Assembly: GCA_038087875.1 (NCBI GenBank)
Contig: CM075989.1
Coordinates: forward strand, 22,446,001 to 22,510,000
Length of the DNA: 64,000 bases
Direction: 5' to 3'
Origin: Malacoraja senta
Lineage: Eukaryota
Part shown: piece after piece, positions 48,411 through 61,450 of the stretch
Layout: each line of letters begins with the position of its first letter
Position numbering within the stretch: position 1 is the stretch's first letter
Notes under the pieces: model-generated
What the model was told of the DNA's origin: nothing
The model's database searches: none
The model's input: the letters and a program-made list of their open reading frames with translations, nothing else
Position numbers and translations under genes: made by a program

Positions 48411-50126
48411 CCTAAATATATAGGGAAGTATATTTTAGAGCAGATAGCTAAAAAAAAATTAAATACCATAAATGTTTTGGGATTTACATCCATTTGACTT
48501 TAAATTATTAAGTAAATTGCCATCATTGTAGCCTAACTATAAAACACAAGAGGACAATAAGTTAAACTGGGGAATCGGATATCTGTCATCATTGACGTCT
48601 AGTCATTCACACTTCAACCCATGAAATGATAGGCAAAAAAAGAATGCTCCACTTACAAATTTCTTACTGGCCACAAATAAATATATTCCCCGCGTTATTG
48701 AAGCACAATAATGACTTACAATAATTGCAATAATGACATTAGTATTTCTATTGTTAATTCAGTAACCCTGATAGTCTTTGACCTTTTTACTGTATATGGT
48801 ACAATTTACCTATACCACTGAATGTGAAAGCAATTTGGTAGTCACTGGATAATTGTTAACCTGCTAATTATTAATTTTTTCCCTCCTCTACAGAGGCATT
48901 AGCACTATTTTACAGTCACCACTTATCGCGAAATCCTAAAGGATTAATGGATTCACTTATGCCGACTAAAGTCTTTAAATTGCCTCGATTATCTGCGCAG
49001 AATGAAAGAATAATGGCTATTTGTCACTGCATTTAGGAGTACGATGGATTGTGCACAAGAATCAGATTAACCCTCTGAGTCCTACAATAATACTTCTCCA
49101 TGTGTATTTTTTTTTCCACAATAAATGAGCATTATTATTTTTATAAGAGCGAACGGATTTGGTTAGAGGTCTGAGATTTGTCCCTTCTCCTGAGAGAAAT
49201 GGAAAGATGAATGCATTACTGTTGAAATCGTGCAATGGTCATATTTTCTCCGAGTCCTGGGCAGGCAGGGATTTTGATTCCAACTAGAAATGATGGCTCG
49301 AGTCACCGCAAATGAAACAATGCATGCCAGATTCAGAGTCTTGCATTAGCAATCCCAATCTGCCTGATTAACTAATTGGAATTAAATAAAAGAAAACAAA
49401 CAAATGAAAACAAAACCTAAATGAAATGAATTTGAAAGTAATCAAAGATATATAACCAGGAGAGACAAAGGAAATGGTCTCAAATGAAGCGGAATAATAA
49501 AATGGTGGGAATTCTCGCTTCTGTCCCTCTACGCTGACCCTAAATGCCATTAGCATCCTCTTTCCAACAAAAGCAAAGCATAAATCAGTGCCCAGAAATA
49601 AATTACCTTGTCCTATATTTAATTCTCTTTGCTTTTTAAACAAATGTTAAGGCAAGAACTAAAGAACTCCAGGACAACAAAGTAAAAGGATGCTTCTGAT
49701 CCATTTCAGTCTGAAGAAGGGTCGCAACTTTTTTCTCCAGATGCTGCCTGACCCTCTGAGTTGCTTCAGCACTTAATGTCTATCTTCGGTATAAACCAGC
49801 ATCTGCACTTCCAGTCTACCCATTATATACCATGCTGCCTCTTTAAATGTGCTAGTCATTCAAGCCTCTCCCCTTTCTAACCCCAATCTATAAATGCTAT
49901 CTTATTGTCTACATATTAGATGTCATTATGAAAATCACTCTTCAAGCTGTTCCCAAAACCCTTCAAAGCCGAGCATCCCAGATGATCAATATTCACTTCC
50001 CGCAACTTCTTTTGTACTTAGTTAATTATTTCCAAAAAGCGGTCAGTTTGGTACATTTGTATTTGAAAGGAAATATTTGATAAGCTAAATCAAAAATTAC
50101 AACAGCTCAAAGGTTAAAACATTTAC

Positions 50127-50550
50127 GGGTGGCGCAGCAGTAGAGTTGATGCCTTACAACGACAGAGTCCCGGGTTCGATCCTGATTACAGGTACTGTCT
50201 GTATGGAGTTTGCACGTTCTCCCTGCGACCGTGTGGGTTCCCTCCGGGTGCTCTGGTTTCCCCCCACACTCCAAAGACATGCGGGTTTGTAGGTTAATTG
50301 GCTTCGGTAAAAAATTGTAAATTATCCCTTGTGTGTGTGGGATAGTGTTTGTGTGCGGGGTGGGGTGGGGGATTGCAACCTTCACGTGGTCCTCCCTGTT
50401 TCGACTAATGCAATTAACCCGACGTGCACAAACAAGTTCAAATAGAACAAGTTGACCTACAACTTTAGGCTGTGCACGCCACACGCAAGAAGAAGGTACG
50501 GGGAGATCGATGGTCGGCATGGCCTCGGTGGGCAGAAGGGCCTGTCTCCT
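50127..50550 (+). mobile_element. HE1-like SINE carrying a 135-bp (AAG)n-tailed insert (50360-50495)
   Basis: SINE resumes gtacgggagatcg after the insert. Confidence 0.83.
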
Positions 50551-50668
50551 CATTTCCCATTTGGTTCTGCCACTGATTGCGGTCTCCGTTATTAATGGAA
50601 ACTGTTTAGCCTGACCTACTTTCGCAAATCAGTCCACAAGTTTGAACATCCCTCCTGCATTTGCCCTA

Positions 50669-51198
50669 AGGGGCTGTCCCACTTGGGCGGCCTAATTGGT
50701 GAGTTTAGAAGAGTTTGAAAAAATGACATGTTGAAGACCTCCTTCCACTACGTAGAAGACCAGCTTCCACTAGCTACGACTAGCTATGACTAACTTCGGG
50801 AAAATTGGATACCGAAGAGTGGAGAGTGAAGATGACCTCCTTCGATCACCTTCGACCTCCCTTCGACCTCCCTTCGACTATGATGAAGACTATCTACGAC
50901 CACCTTTGACTACTACAACTAACATTCCGCACTACTACGACCTACTACGACTTAACCTACGAGTAAAAAAAGTGTCGATTTTTTCCATGGCGACCTTTTT
51001 TTACTCGCGGGCATTTTTTAACATATTGAAAAATATGCCGCGACCTAGCTGAGGCCTCGTGTATGCGGAGACCACTCTCGAGCATGAAGGAGAGTTACAA
51101 AGACCTCCTACGACCTCGTGTCGACCATGCTGCGAGTATGAGTCGAGGGCAAACTCGCCAGAACTCGCGGATTACGTCGCTCAAGTTGGACAGGCCAT
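50669..51198. mobile_element. PIF/Harbinger-type MITE (family C, longer form)
   Basis: AGGGGCTGTCCCACTTG / CAAGTTGGACAGGCCAT; internal homology to 11124; short CGAC-rich repeats. Confidence 0.82.
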
Positions 51199-52429
51199 TT
51201 ATACTTCTCTGCCCCCAGGGGAATATTCCTAGTTTTTGCAATCCCTCCACATGCCAGATCCCTCATCATTGTACCGTTCTAGTTAAAACCATCTACATCT
51301 TCTCCAAGGCTTTGACACTAAAATGTGGTAACAAGTGAGCAGGGATTAAAAATATTAAGCTATGGGTATTCATACGTTAATGCCCTTAAAGGTTGAACAT
51401 AGATTGTCTCAAGGGTTTTAGTTACAGTTCACGGAAACTCCTACCTACAAACATAATGGTCTTTCCATTAGCAGTGCTAAAAATATACTGTTGCTACTGA
51501 TTTGTTTAAAATTGTGGAACAGTTTGAATGGCCACTGGAATAATGAATGTGAAAAATACCTCATGTTGAAATGAGAAGCTGAATACCTGAAAGGAATTGA
51601 TCAACTATTAGACCCAAACTAAAGTTGTCTGAATACCTTCAAGAAAACAGCAGATAAAGATTTGGAAGATTAATTGAAAGATTTTGAAGATTTTTTCATT
51701 AGTACGGGTGTCAGGGGTTATGGGGAGAAGGCAGGAGAATGGGGTAAGGGGAGAGAGATAGATCAGCCATGATTGAATGGCAGAGTAGACTTGATGGGCC
51801 GAATGGGATACAACTATTCTTTTGGTTTATGTTTCATTCTCAAGAAGAAGATGCAGTTCCTTAGTTTGGTTTAGAGATGAGGCATGGAAACAGGCCCTGT
51901 GGGACACCGAGTCCATCGACCGCCTACTCCCATTAACTTCACGTTATCCCACTTACACATCCACTCCCTACACGTGAGAAGCAGTTTTACAGCAGCCAAT
52001 AAACCGACCCGAAACATCACCTATTCCTTTTCTCCAGAGATGCTGCCTGACCTTCCCGCTGAGTTACGCCAGCTTTTAATGTCTATCTTCGGCATGACCC
52101 TAGGCAGTCAGAGTTCCTGACCATCATCTGGTCATGCGGTGGTGTTACTCGCTGGTACGTGAGCTATGGCCAGTTGAGCTGCATAACAACAATTCAAGAA
52201 CGGACTGTGCCTGATTTTCTAATCGCTGAAAAAATTCCAGCCTTGCACATACTCGAACTCCTTGTGCCCAATCAGTGGTTGCTTCGGAACTTCCACAACA
52301 CAACCTCTTCCTGTGCCAACAAATAACATCTCTCAGTTTTATCACATAGACTAAATAGTAATTACAATATATATTTTGGCACTCAAAGCTTTATCAAACT
52401 ATTTGCGCGGTTGGTTAAGACAGAAGCTT

Positions 52430-52805
52430 GTTCAGTTTAGTTTATTGCCACGTGTAACCGAGGTACAGTGAAACGCTTTTTGTTGTGTGCTAACCAGTCA
52501 GCGGAAAGACAATACATGATTACAATCGTGCCATTTACAGTGTATAGTTCATGATAAGGGAATAACGTTTAGTGCAAGGTAAAGCCAGCAAAGACTGATC
52601 AAGGATAGTCTGAGGGTCACCAAAGAGATAGATAATAGTTCAGCACTGCTCTCTGGTTGTGGTAGGATGATTCAGTTGCCTGATAATAGCTGGGAAGAAA
52701 CTGTCCTTGAATCTGGAGGTGTGTGTTTTCACACTTCTATTACTTTTTGCCTATGGGAGAGGGGAGAGGGGAGAGGGGAGAAGAGAGAGTGGCCAGGGTG
52801 GGTTC
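52430..52805 (-). mobile_element. Rex-type 3' end
   Basis: Same 3' UTR family as 10375 and 16415. Confidence 0.8.
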
Positions 52806-52925
52806 TAGTTTTTGTTTTTTGCACTTCATTCATCTAATTTGGCCATAATGTCAAGTTACCTTTTTGTTTACCAAGTTACCAAGTCACCGCTGCCTCACAG
52901 TGCCAGAGAGATGGGTTGGTACTTG

Positions 52926-54371
52926 ATTCAATTCAATTCAATTCAATTCAATTCAATTTAATTGTCATTGCACAGATACAAGTATGGGTACAACAAAATG
53001 CAGTCTAGCGTCTGCTCGTAGCAATGTTGCAATATAGAAATAAAACACAGAACAAGAACAATATACAGAATAAAATACAGAATGAGCAAACAATGTGGAC
53101 GGAGAGACTGGAGAAATCTATCGGAGGGACTCCGAGTTCAGCAATGTGATAGTGTTGTTGAAGAAGCTGTTCCTCATCCTGCTTGTACGAGACCTGAGGC
53201 TTCTGTACCGCCTCCCTTATGGGAGGAGGGCAAACAGTCCATGGTTAGGGTGGGAGGGGTCCTTGATGATCTTCCCGGCCCGTCTCAGACACCGTTTTCG
53301 GTGGAGGGCATCCATTGCAGGGAGCGGGGCACCGATGATGTACTGAGCGGTCTTCACCACCCGTTGTAGTGCCTTCCTGTCAGCTACCGTGCAACTGCTG
53401 CACCATACCGTGAAGCAGGTGGTCAGGATGCTTTCGATGGTACAGCGGTAAAAGTTGGTCAGGATCTGGGGGGACAGGTGAGCTTTCTTGAGCCTTCTCC
53501 GGAAGTAAAGGTGCTGCTGCGCCTTCTTGATCAGTTTGGAGGTATTGAGGGACCAGGACAAATCCTCCGAGATGTGTACCCCGAGGAATTTGTAGTTGGA
53601 GACGCGCTCCACCTCAGTCCCGTTTATATGGATGGGGATATGTCTGCCCCCTCTGTTCTTCCTGAAGTCAACAATAATTTCCTTCGTCTTCTTGGAGTTG
53701 AGGACGAGGTTATTGTTGGCACACCAGGTTGTCAGGTGCTGGACCTCCTCCCTGTAGGCTGACTCGTCGTTGTCACTGATCAGTCCTACCACCGTGGTAT
53801 CGTCGGCAAATTTAATGATGGCGTTGGAGCCATTCTTAGGGATGCAGTCATGGGTGAAGAGGGAGTAGAGGAGAGGGCTGAGCACACAGCCCTGTGGCAC
53901 GCGTTCAGTGTTGTAGTGGAGGAGGTGAGGTTGTTGACCCTAAGAGACTGTGGTCTGTTGGTGAGGAAATCCAGTGTCCAATTGCAGAGGGAGGTGGAGA
54001 TGCCAAGTCCGCTAAGTTTGGTGATCAAGCTGGCGGGGATGACAGTGTTAAAGGCGGAGCTGAAATCAATAAACCGCAGCCTGATGTAGGTGTTATTGCT
54101 GTCCAGGTGGGTCAGGGCAGAGTGTAGGGCCGCCGATATGGCGTCCTCTGTAGACCTGTTGGTCCGGTAGGCAAACTGATGGGGGTCCAGTGTGGGGGGG
54201 AGGCTGGCTTTGAGGTGAGCCAGGATCAGCCACTCAAAGCACTTTGCAATGACAGGGGTGAGTGCCACTGGGCGGAAGTCGTTGAGACTCCCTGTAGCTG
54301 ATTGTTTGGGCACTGGCACAATGGTTGATGTCTTGAGGCAAGTGGGGACGACACATTGGGCCAGTGACAGA
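52926..54371 (-). mobile_element. Rex1/Babar LINE RT region inserted in a SINE, (TTGAA)n tail
   Basis: [61 protein letters not shown]; frameshift near 53900, stop at 53217. Confidence 0.93.
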
Positions 54372-54659
54372 CTATGGGTGCTGTCTGTACGTTCTCCTTG
54401 TGACTGCGTGGGTTTTCTCCGGGTGCTCCGGTTTCCTCTCCCATGCCAAAGACGTGCCGGTTTGTAGGTTAATTGGCTTGGTATAATTGTAAATTGTCCC
54501 TAGTTTGTAGGGTAGAATCAGCGTAGCAGTGATCGCTGGTCAGCGCCGACTCGCTGGGCCAAATTCAGAAACCGCCAGATTCAGGAACAGTTTCTTCACC
54601 CAGTTTTATCAAACTGTTGAACGGTCCCCTCACAAGCTTAGGATCTAGTCCCGATCTCC

Positions 54660-54948
54660 TAAGAATAAGGAGTAAGCCATTTAGAACGGAGACGAGGAAA
54701 CACTTTTTCTCACAGAGAGTGGTGAGTGTGGAATTCTCTGCCTCAGAGGGCGGTGGAGGACGGTTCTCTGGATGCTTTCAAGAGAGAGCTAGATAGGGCT
54801 CTTAAAAATAGCGGAGTCAGGGGATATGGGGAGAAGGCAGGAACGGGGTACTGATTGGGGATGATCAGCCATGATCACATTGAATGGCGGTGCTGGCTCG
54901 AAGGGCCGAATGGCCTACTCCTGCACCTATTGTCTATTGTCTATTGTC
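54660..54948 (+). mobile_element. Young CR1 3' end, (CTATTGT)n tail
   Basis: Near-identical to 45961-46260. Confidence 0.88.
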
Positions 54949-55231
54949 TCCCAGCCTACCACATTATAGCTCTTGCATTAAACATTTGTTTTTGCACATT
55001 CTAGGTAGCAATGAACAAATAACGTAATGCACTCTGGTGTTTTGCATATTCTACTTGTGTATGGTATGTATTCATGTATAATATGATTTATACATGCACA
55101 CATGTATGGTATGATTTGACTGAGTAGCAGCAAATAAAGACTCTCACTGTATAGGGTACTCGCGACAACAATAAACTAATATCACTGCCAATGAAAGCAA
55201 ATCATAAGGAGAGAACAGAAGCAAAAAGTGA

Positions 55232-55425
55232 AGATGGTCACAAACAAATGGAGTAACTTAACGGGACAGGCAGCATCTCTGGAGAGAAGGAATTGGTGAC
55301 CTTTCGGGTCAAGACCCTTCTCCTCAATCCGAAACGTCACCCAGAGACGCTGCCTGTCCCGCTGAGTTACTCCAGCTTTTTGTGTCTATCTTCGGTGTAA
55401 ACCAGCATCTGCAGTTCCTTCCTAC
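55232..55425. mobile_element. Penelope fold-back element with TSD
   Basis: TSD ACAGAAG(C/A)AAAAAGTGA at 55215-55231 and 55426-55442. Confidence 0.83.
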
Positions 55426-55613
55426 ACAGAAGAAAAAAGTGATTTTTTTGTTTTAAGTCATTCATTTTTAGGTAAATTAACATTGATACTAATTGTTATC
55501 TAATGTCCCATTAGCTCAATGTTAACCTGCTTTTGCTTCCCAACGTATATTACTTTTCAAGAGTCAAGAGTGAGTTTTGTGTTATGTTCCGAAACGGAAC
55601 AATGAATTTCTTA

Positions 55614-55869
55614 AAGACCTGTCCCATTTGCCGATTTTTTTGGCGACTGCCGGCATCATTGTCTGATGTATCAGGTCACCGGTGTGATGCGGCGTGACGA
55701 TGCATGGCGCGGCGGTGACACGGCGTGATGACGTATTGACGCGCGGTGTTTTTTCAAGTGTCGCAACATTTCTTTTGTCGCAGCTGGATTTTGAAATGTT
55801 CAAAATCTTTTGGCGACACTGATATGACGCCGGCAGTAGCCGAAAAAATCGGCAAGTGGGACAGGCCCT
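55614..55869. mobile_element. PIF/Harbinger-type MITE (family B)
   Basis: TIRs AAGACCTGTCCCATTTGCCG / CGGCAAGTGGGACAGGCCCT; TSD TTA. Confidence 0.9.
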
Positions 55870-55980
55870 TTACTTACAGCAGCTCAACAGACAGAGTACT
55901 CTGTACACACCATCAACAAACAACAAAAACGTTCAGTATATATTTTTTAAACTAACTATGATAGTGCAAAGACAAAAACA

Positions 55981-56398
55981 ATGGAGTTTAGAAGGATGAG
56001 GGGGAGTCTTATAGAAACATTTAAAATTATAAAAGGACTGGACAAGCTAGATGCAGAAAAAATGTTCCCAATGTTGGGCGAGTCCAGAACCAGGGGCCAC
56101 AGTCTTAGAATAAAGGGGAGGTCATTTAAGACTGAGGTGAGAAAAAACTTTTTCACCCAGAGAGTTGTGAATTTATGGAATTCCCTGCCACAGAGGGCAG
56201 TGGAGGCCAAATCACTGGATGGATTTAAGAGAGAGTTAGATAGAGCTCTAGGGGCTAGTGGAGTCAATGGATATGGGGAGAAGACAGGCACGGGTTATTG
56301 ATAGGGGACGATCAGCCATGATCACAATGAATGGCGGTGCTGGCTCAAAGGGCCGAATGGCCTCCTCCTGCACCTATTTTCTATGTTTCTATGTTTCT
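55981..56398 (+). mobile_element. CR1 3' fragment
   Basis: EFRRMRGSLIETFKIIKG..TRGHSL..FFTQRVVNLWNSLP. Confidence 0.92.
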
Positions 56399-57459
56399 AA
56401 TGCCCCCCAAGTCAATGTAGTTCAGACTTATTTACAGGTTGTAATGTTTAATAGTCTAATGAAGCTGCTCCTGAAACTGGGCGTTATAGTTTTCAGACTC
56501 CAAAGCCTTCTTCCCAAAAGTCTCCTTTTACTTTCTGCGTCTTACCCAAGGTCCAATAGAGAGTCAAAGCAGACTAATTCCTCTTTAAAAATAAACATAA
56601 GTATTATGTAACAAGGTGAAGAATTGATAGCTTCGAGATATCAAATGCCATCCAAAGTATTTACTTCTTGATAAACAAATACCACTGCTTCAAGAGAGTG
56701 GCCAAGATTTGGCACTGAGTTATGTTTCACTTCAACTCTGAAAGACTCCTCTGTCACACTGCCCCCATCCTACTGCATGAGTGTGGGGAAATAAAGGTAG
56801 CTACTAACACATCACCTGCATGGATATCGTTTGGTGAAACGTTAACCTGTCATTGAAACATACCGCTTGATGAGTGATAAGGGGTCGGCCATTTAGGACT
56901 GAGATGAAGACATTTTTTTCACCCAGAGAGTTGTGAATCTGTGGAATTCTCTGCCGCAAAAGGCAGTGGAGGCCGATTCGCTGGATGTTTTTAAGAGAGA
57001 GTTAGATTTAACTCTTAGGGCCAACGGAATCAAGGGATATGCAGAAAAAGCAGGAACGGAGTACTGATTTTAGATGATCAGCCATGATCATATTGAATCG
57101 AATGGCCTAATCCTGCACCTATTGTTCTTTGTTCTATGTTTCCATGAGATCATGCTGTCCAGAATAAGATGAAAAACATACTGAAAATGCAGCAGTGAAA
57201 TGCAATCGTTTTACCCAGTGTGGGCGAGTTGGAACATACTGCTCAGCACCAAACACCCATTGAATGATTAAACTGTACTCAGACAGGCAAGGTTGGACAA
57301 GGGAGTGAACCTGGTGTGATCTTAACTCAGCCAGTTAAAAATCAAAGATAGACACAAAAAGCTGGAGTAACTCAGCGGGTGACATTTCGGGTCGAGGCCC
57401 TTCCTCAGACTGAGAGTCCGGGAAAAGGGAAATTACAGAAATTCTATTTTGTTTACTCC

Positions 57460-58030
57460 AGAGACACAGCGTGGAAACAGGCTCTGAGGCCCACGTCGAC
57501 CAACTAGTTATGTGTTGCCCCAGTTTTGCATCCTACACATTAGGGGAAAGTTACAGAAGCCAATTAACCCACAAACCTGCATGTCTTTGGAACGTGGGAG
57601 GAAACCGGAGCACCCGGATTGTCTTTCCGCTGACTGGGTAGCACACAACAAAAGCTTTGCACTCAACCTCGGTACACGTGACAATAAACTAAACTGATGT
57701 AGCACCGCCTGCTGGCGTACGCAGAGATCGAACCCGGCGTTCGGAAGCCGCGGTCACGTGAGTCAGGAGGGGCTTCTTGTTTTGCGCGGTTTTTGCTTTC
57801 GCGCGTTAGTTCAGCGCTGGTCGCCGTTGTGACCAGAAGTGTCTTAAGAACCGAACTTCTGAATAAAGATCTGTTGGAAACCCCAGTTGTCGTTCTTCAG
57901 ACCGCCAAACTGAAACCCACAGGGTGACAGGGAGAACGTACAAACTCTGTGCAGACAGCACCCGTAGACAGAATCTAACCCAGGTCTCTGGCGCTGTGAG
58001 GCAGCAACTCTACCGCTGCGCCACCCTGCT
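57460..58030 (-). mobile_element. HE1-like SINE interrupted by a Rex tail and an LTR-like insert
   Basis: SINE halves at 57460-57617 and 57912-58030. Confidence 0.8.
57695..57907 (+). mobile_element. Candidate solo LTR
   Basis: TG...CA ends, 213 bp, CpG-rich, AATAAA at 57862-57867; TSD ambiguous because the host is an (AAACT) tail. Confidence 0.5.
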
Positions 58031-58971
58031 GCACTTGTGTAATGGAAAGCTGCACATTTTTAACTTTTAACATATTTACTGAAATATGATGAAAATGGCT
58101 AATCAGGCTTTTGCTCGTGGCATCTGGCTGGGACTACAACTCAGTGAGATCTTATTAGAAAGAAAAATTCACAACCAAACATAACTGAAATACAACCAAA
58201 CTCAGTGAAGCTGAGTTCAAGTAGAGCTAAATTAAAATGAATGTAAGTATGCGTAATTAGTTCTAATAACAATAAAACATGCTCAATATGTGTACAATAG
58301 ATCCAAGGTTTAAGAAACATTTTGATAGGTGCATGGATAGGATAGGTTTAGAGGGATATGGGCCAAATGCAGGCAGGTGGGACAAGTGTAGATAGGGCAT
58401 GTTGGTCAGTGTGGGAAAGTTGGGCCACGGATCTGTTTCCACGTTGTATCCTCTCCACATTCACTCTATGATTCTGTGACTCTATTGCCAGATCAATAGT
58501 ATTAACACAAGACCATTAAATGGTTCCTTGGAGGCTCTCACTTTAGTTGGAAGGCAGACTACACAAAATCTCAATGACAGTACAATTTGGGAAGAAAACG
58601 TAACCAGCTATATCTCTCACCGACCCTGCATTCTCATCATGAGCAAATTCACACGGTTGTCCAGAAATGGAGGCAAGGTTGTTGGGATACGTGGGGGAGG
58701 CCAGTGTGCATTTGTGTAGCGATTGTCTCCAAGAGTAGGGAGAGAAGGTCAGGTTAACTGGATAAAGTTCACAAGATCAAGGATCATGTGGTTTGCAATG
58801 AAAAATAGTGGAGGAGGTGTTGACTTTGGTTTAGTTTACCGTCACGTGTAAAAACCAAAGCTTTTTATCGTTCACTTCTCACAAACAAGCCTTGCAGAAA
58901 TTCTGAACTAGCTTTTGCCAGATGAGAGTAATTAATTAAGACAAGGTTACAACATTTATGGAAATAGGTTC

Positions 58972-59320
58972 AAAGGCCTGGATAGAGTGGATGTGGAGAG
59001 GATGTTTCCACTAGTGGGAGAGTCTAGGACCAGAGGGCACAGCCTCAGAATAAAAGGACGTACCTTTAAAAAGGAGATGAGGAGGAATTTATTTAGTCAG
59101 AAGAATCTGTGCAATTCATTGCCACAGACGGCTGTGGAGGCAAAGTCAATGCATATTTTTAAGGCAGAGATTGATATATTTTTGATTACTATGGGTGTCA
59201 GGGATTATGGGGAGAAGGCAGGAGAATGGGCTTGAGAGGGAGAGATAGATCAGCCATGATTGAATGGCGGAGTAGACTCAATGGGCCGAATGGCCTAATT
59301 CTGCTCCTAGAACTTATGAA
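58972..59320 (+). mobile_element. CR1 3' fragment
   Basis: DVERMFPLVGESRTRGHSLRIKG. Confidence 0.9.
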
Positions 59321-59681
59321 GATATTATTAAAATCAATTTATTATTATTTCTTATTTAAAGAGGTGATAATATTTCTATGCCTGTTCGATATTTAGGATG
59401 TTAGCCCAACATTAAATGATGCAGATGCATTTATGGTATCTGATTTGCAGTCCCGTAGAATGCAATCTGTCTTGATTAATATATCAATGTATCAGTGGAC
59501 ATGAATATTTTGACCATGTCTATAAATCACATAAAATTGCTCATCATATTAAGAATCAAGAGCTCTATCCTAAATGTTGTTCATTTCCTCTTCAATACTT
59601 CTTAAAAATGACCATTTTTATTGATTGCTTAAAATCCATGCTGTTTTGCGGCAACAAATACAATTCCGTATAAGAGTAGAA

Positions 59682-60321
59682 GCAAGGAACTGCAGGTGCT
59701 GGTTTTACCAATAAAAGACAGAAATTGCTGGATAACCCAGCAGGTCAGGCAGCATCTCTGGAGAATATGGATAGGTGATGTTTCGGGTCGGGACCCTTCT
59801 TCAGACTGATTGGGTGCGGTGGGAGGAGGGGGGTGAAAAGAAAGCTGGAGGAAAGGAGGGGCAGGGCAAAGCCTGCCAGATAATAGGTAGATACAGTTGA
59901 GGGGGGGGGCTTCATGGGCAGATATCCACTCATCACTTTAGTTTCATGTTTCATGTACCTTGTTGTGTTTTATGACTGTTGGCAGACCAATTTCCCCCCC
60001 TGAGATAAATAAAGTTCTTGCGTATCGTGTCGTATATGTCTAGTTTCAAAATTTACAACGCTTCAATCCTTTTGTCCCACACCTTGTTTTTTCATCCCAA
60101 GCCTTTGTCCAAACATCTGCTTATCAAAACACCCCCTCACCTGTATTCTCCTATTACCTGCCAGGGTTTGACCTGCCCCTTCCTCTCATCCAGTTTTCGA
60201 CTCCTCCCCCCCCCCACCCTCACCCCACCAACAATCAGTCTACAGAAGGGTCCCAACCAGGAACGTCACCTATCCATGTTCTCCAGAGATGCTGCCTGAC
60301 CCACTGAGTTACTCCAGCACT
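59682..60321. mobile_element. Long Penelope fold-back (about 250-bp arms) with a central retroposon tail
   Basis: Hammerhead motifs at 59777-59804 (-) and about 60240-60267 (+); AATAAA-(TATCG)-type tail insert at 59935-60035. Confidence 0.8.
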
Positions 60322-61169
60322 CTATAGGAAAATTGCATTCCTTTCCATCAATATCAGAATACACAGGTTAACTGGAACACATTATTGTAAGTTCTTTTAA
60401 AAAGATTGGCTTTTATAATCAGCATCAAAAAGCTGAAGTAAAATCAAATTAAGTTTACTTAGCTTAAAGCAATCTAACTGTTTCTAACAATCCATCATTT
60501 TATAATCAGGATTTTAGGTTTCATTGAATGTAAGATAAATAAAAGATAATATTGGGAGCCTGAATATTTATTCAATATAGGTCTACCTGATTTAGCAAAT
60601 TACATATTTGTTATAGAATAAAGTATTATAAGACAATGTACAACTTTTAAATTCATGAACTCATTTTTAAGGTGAAGTTACGAAACTTGATGGTGATCTA
60701 GAGTATTACTATAGTTATGCAAACAATTGGTACATGTCTAATGTTAGTTTTGTAACAGTCAGTGCTTTCCATGTGGCACAGTATGGGGTAGCACAGCTTT
60801 TCGGTGCCTCTAAAAAGCTTAAAAAGAACTGCAGATGCTGGATTTATACCAAAGATAGACACAAAGTGCTGGAGTAACTCAGCGGTCAGGCGGCATCCCT
60901 GGCGAAAAAGGACGGGTGATGTTTCTGTACCTTTTAAGAAGGGTCCCAACCCCAAAGGTTCACCCATCCTTTTTCACTAAATACTAGATGGATGAACTAG
61001 ATGGATGTATAGCAGTCGACGGTGTCACATAATCTATTATATTTGCACCAGTACCTTTATATCTTCAAAAAAGTGCTAATAACACTTATGATACTTCTAA
61101 GCTGTGAAAATGCTGAACCTAACTTTTACAAACTGAAATCAAAAGAACTGCATGAAAGTAAAAAGGAAA

Positions 61170-61450
61170 AGAGTGGTAGAACTGCAGCCTCCCAGCGTCA
61201 GAAACCCAGGCTTAATTCCCACCTCGGGAGCTGTTTGTGTGGAGTTTGCACGATCTTCCTGTAACCGCGCAAGTTTCCTCCGGGTGCTCCACTTTCCTCC
61301 CACATCCCAAAGATGTGCGCGTTTGTAGGTTAATTAGCTTCTCCCTAGTGTGTAGGGAGTGGATGAGAAAGTGGGTATAACATAAAACTAATGTGAGCAG
61401 TGATCGATGGTCGGTGTGGGCTCGGTGGGCCTGCTTCCACTTTGTTTCTC
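61170..61450 (+). mobile_element. Diverged HE1-like SINE
   Basis: V-domain tttcctccgggtgctcc..cctcccacatcccaaagatgtg. Confidence 0.8.

Noticed and set aside
45961..54948. Two near-identical CR1 stubs as a fixed-length CR1-derived SINE
   Set aside because: 5' ends differ by several bases and n=2; ordinary truncation suffices.
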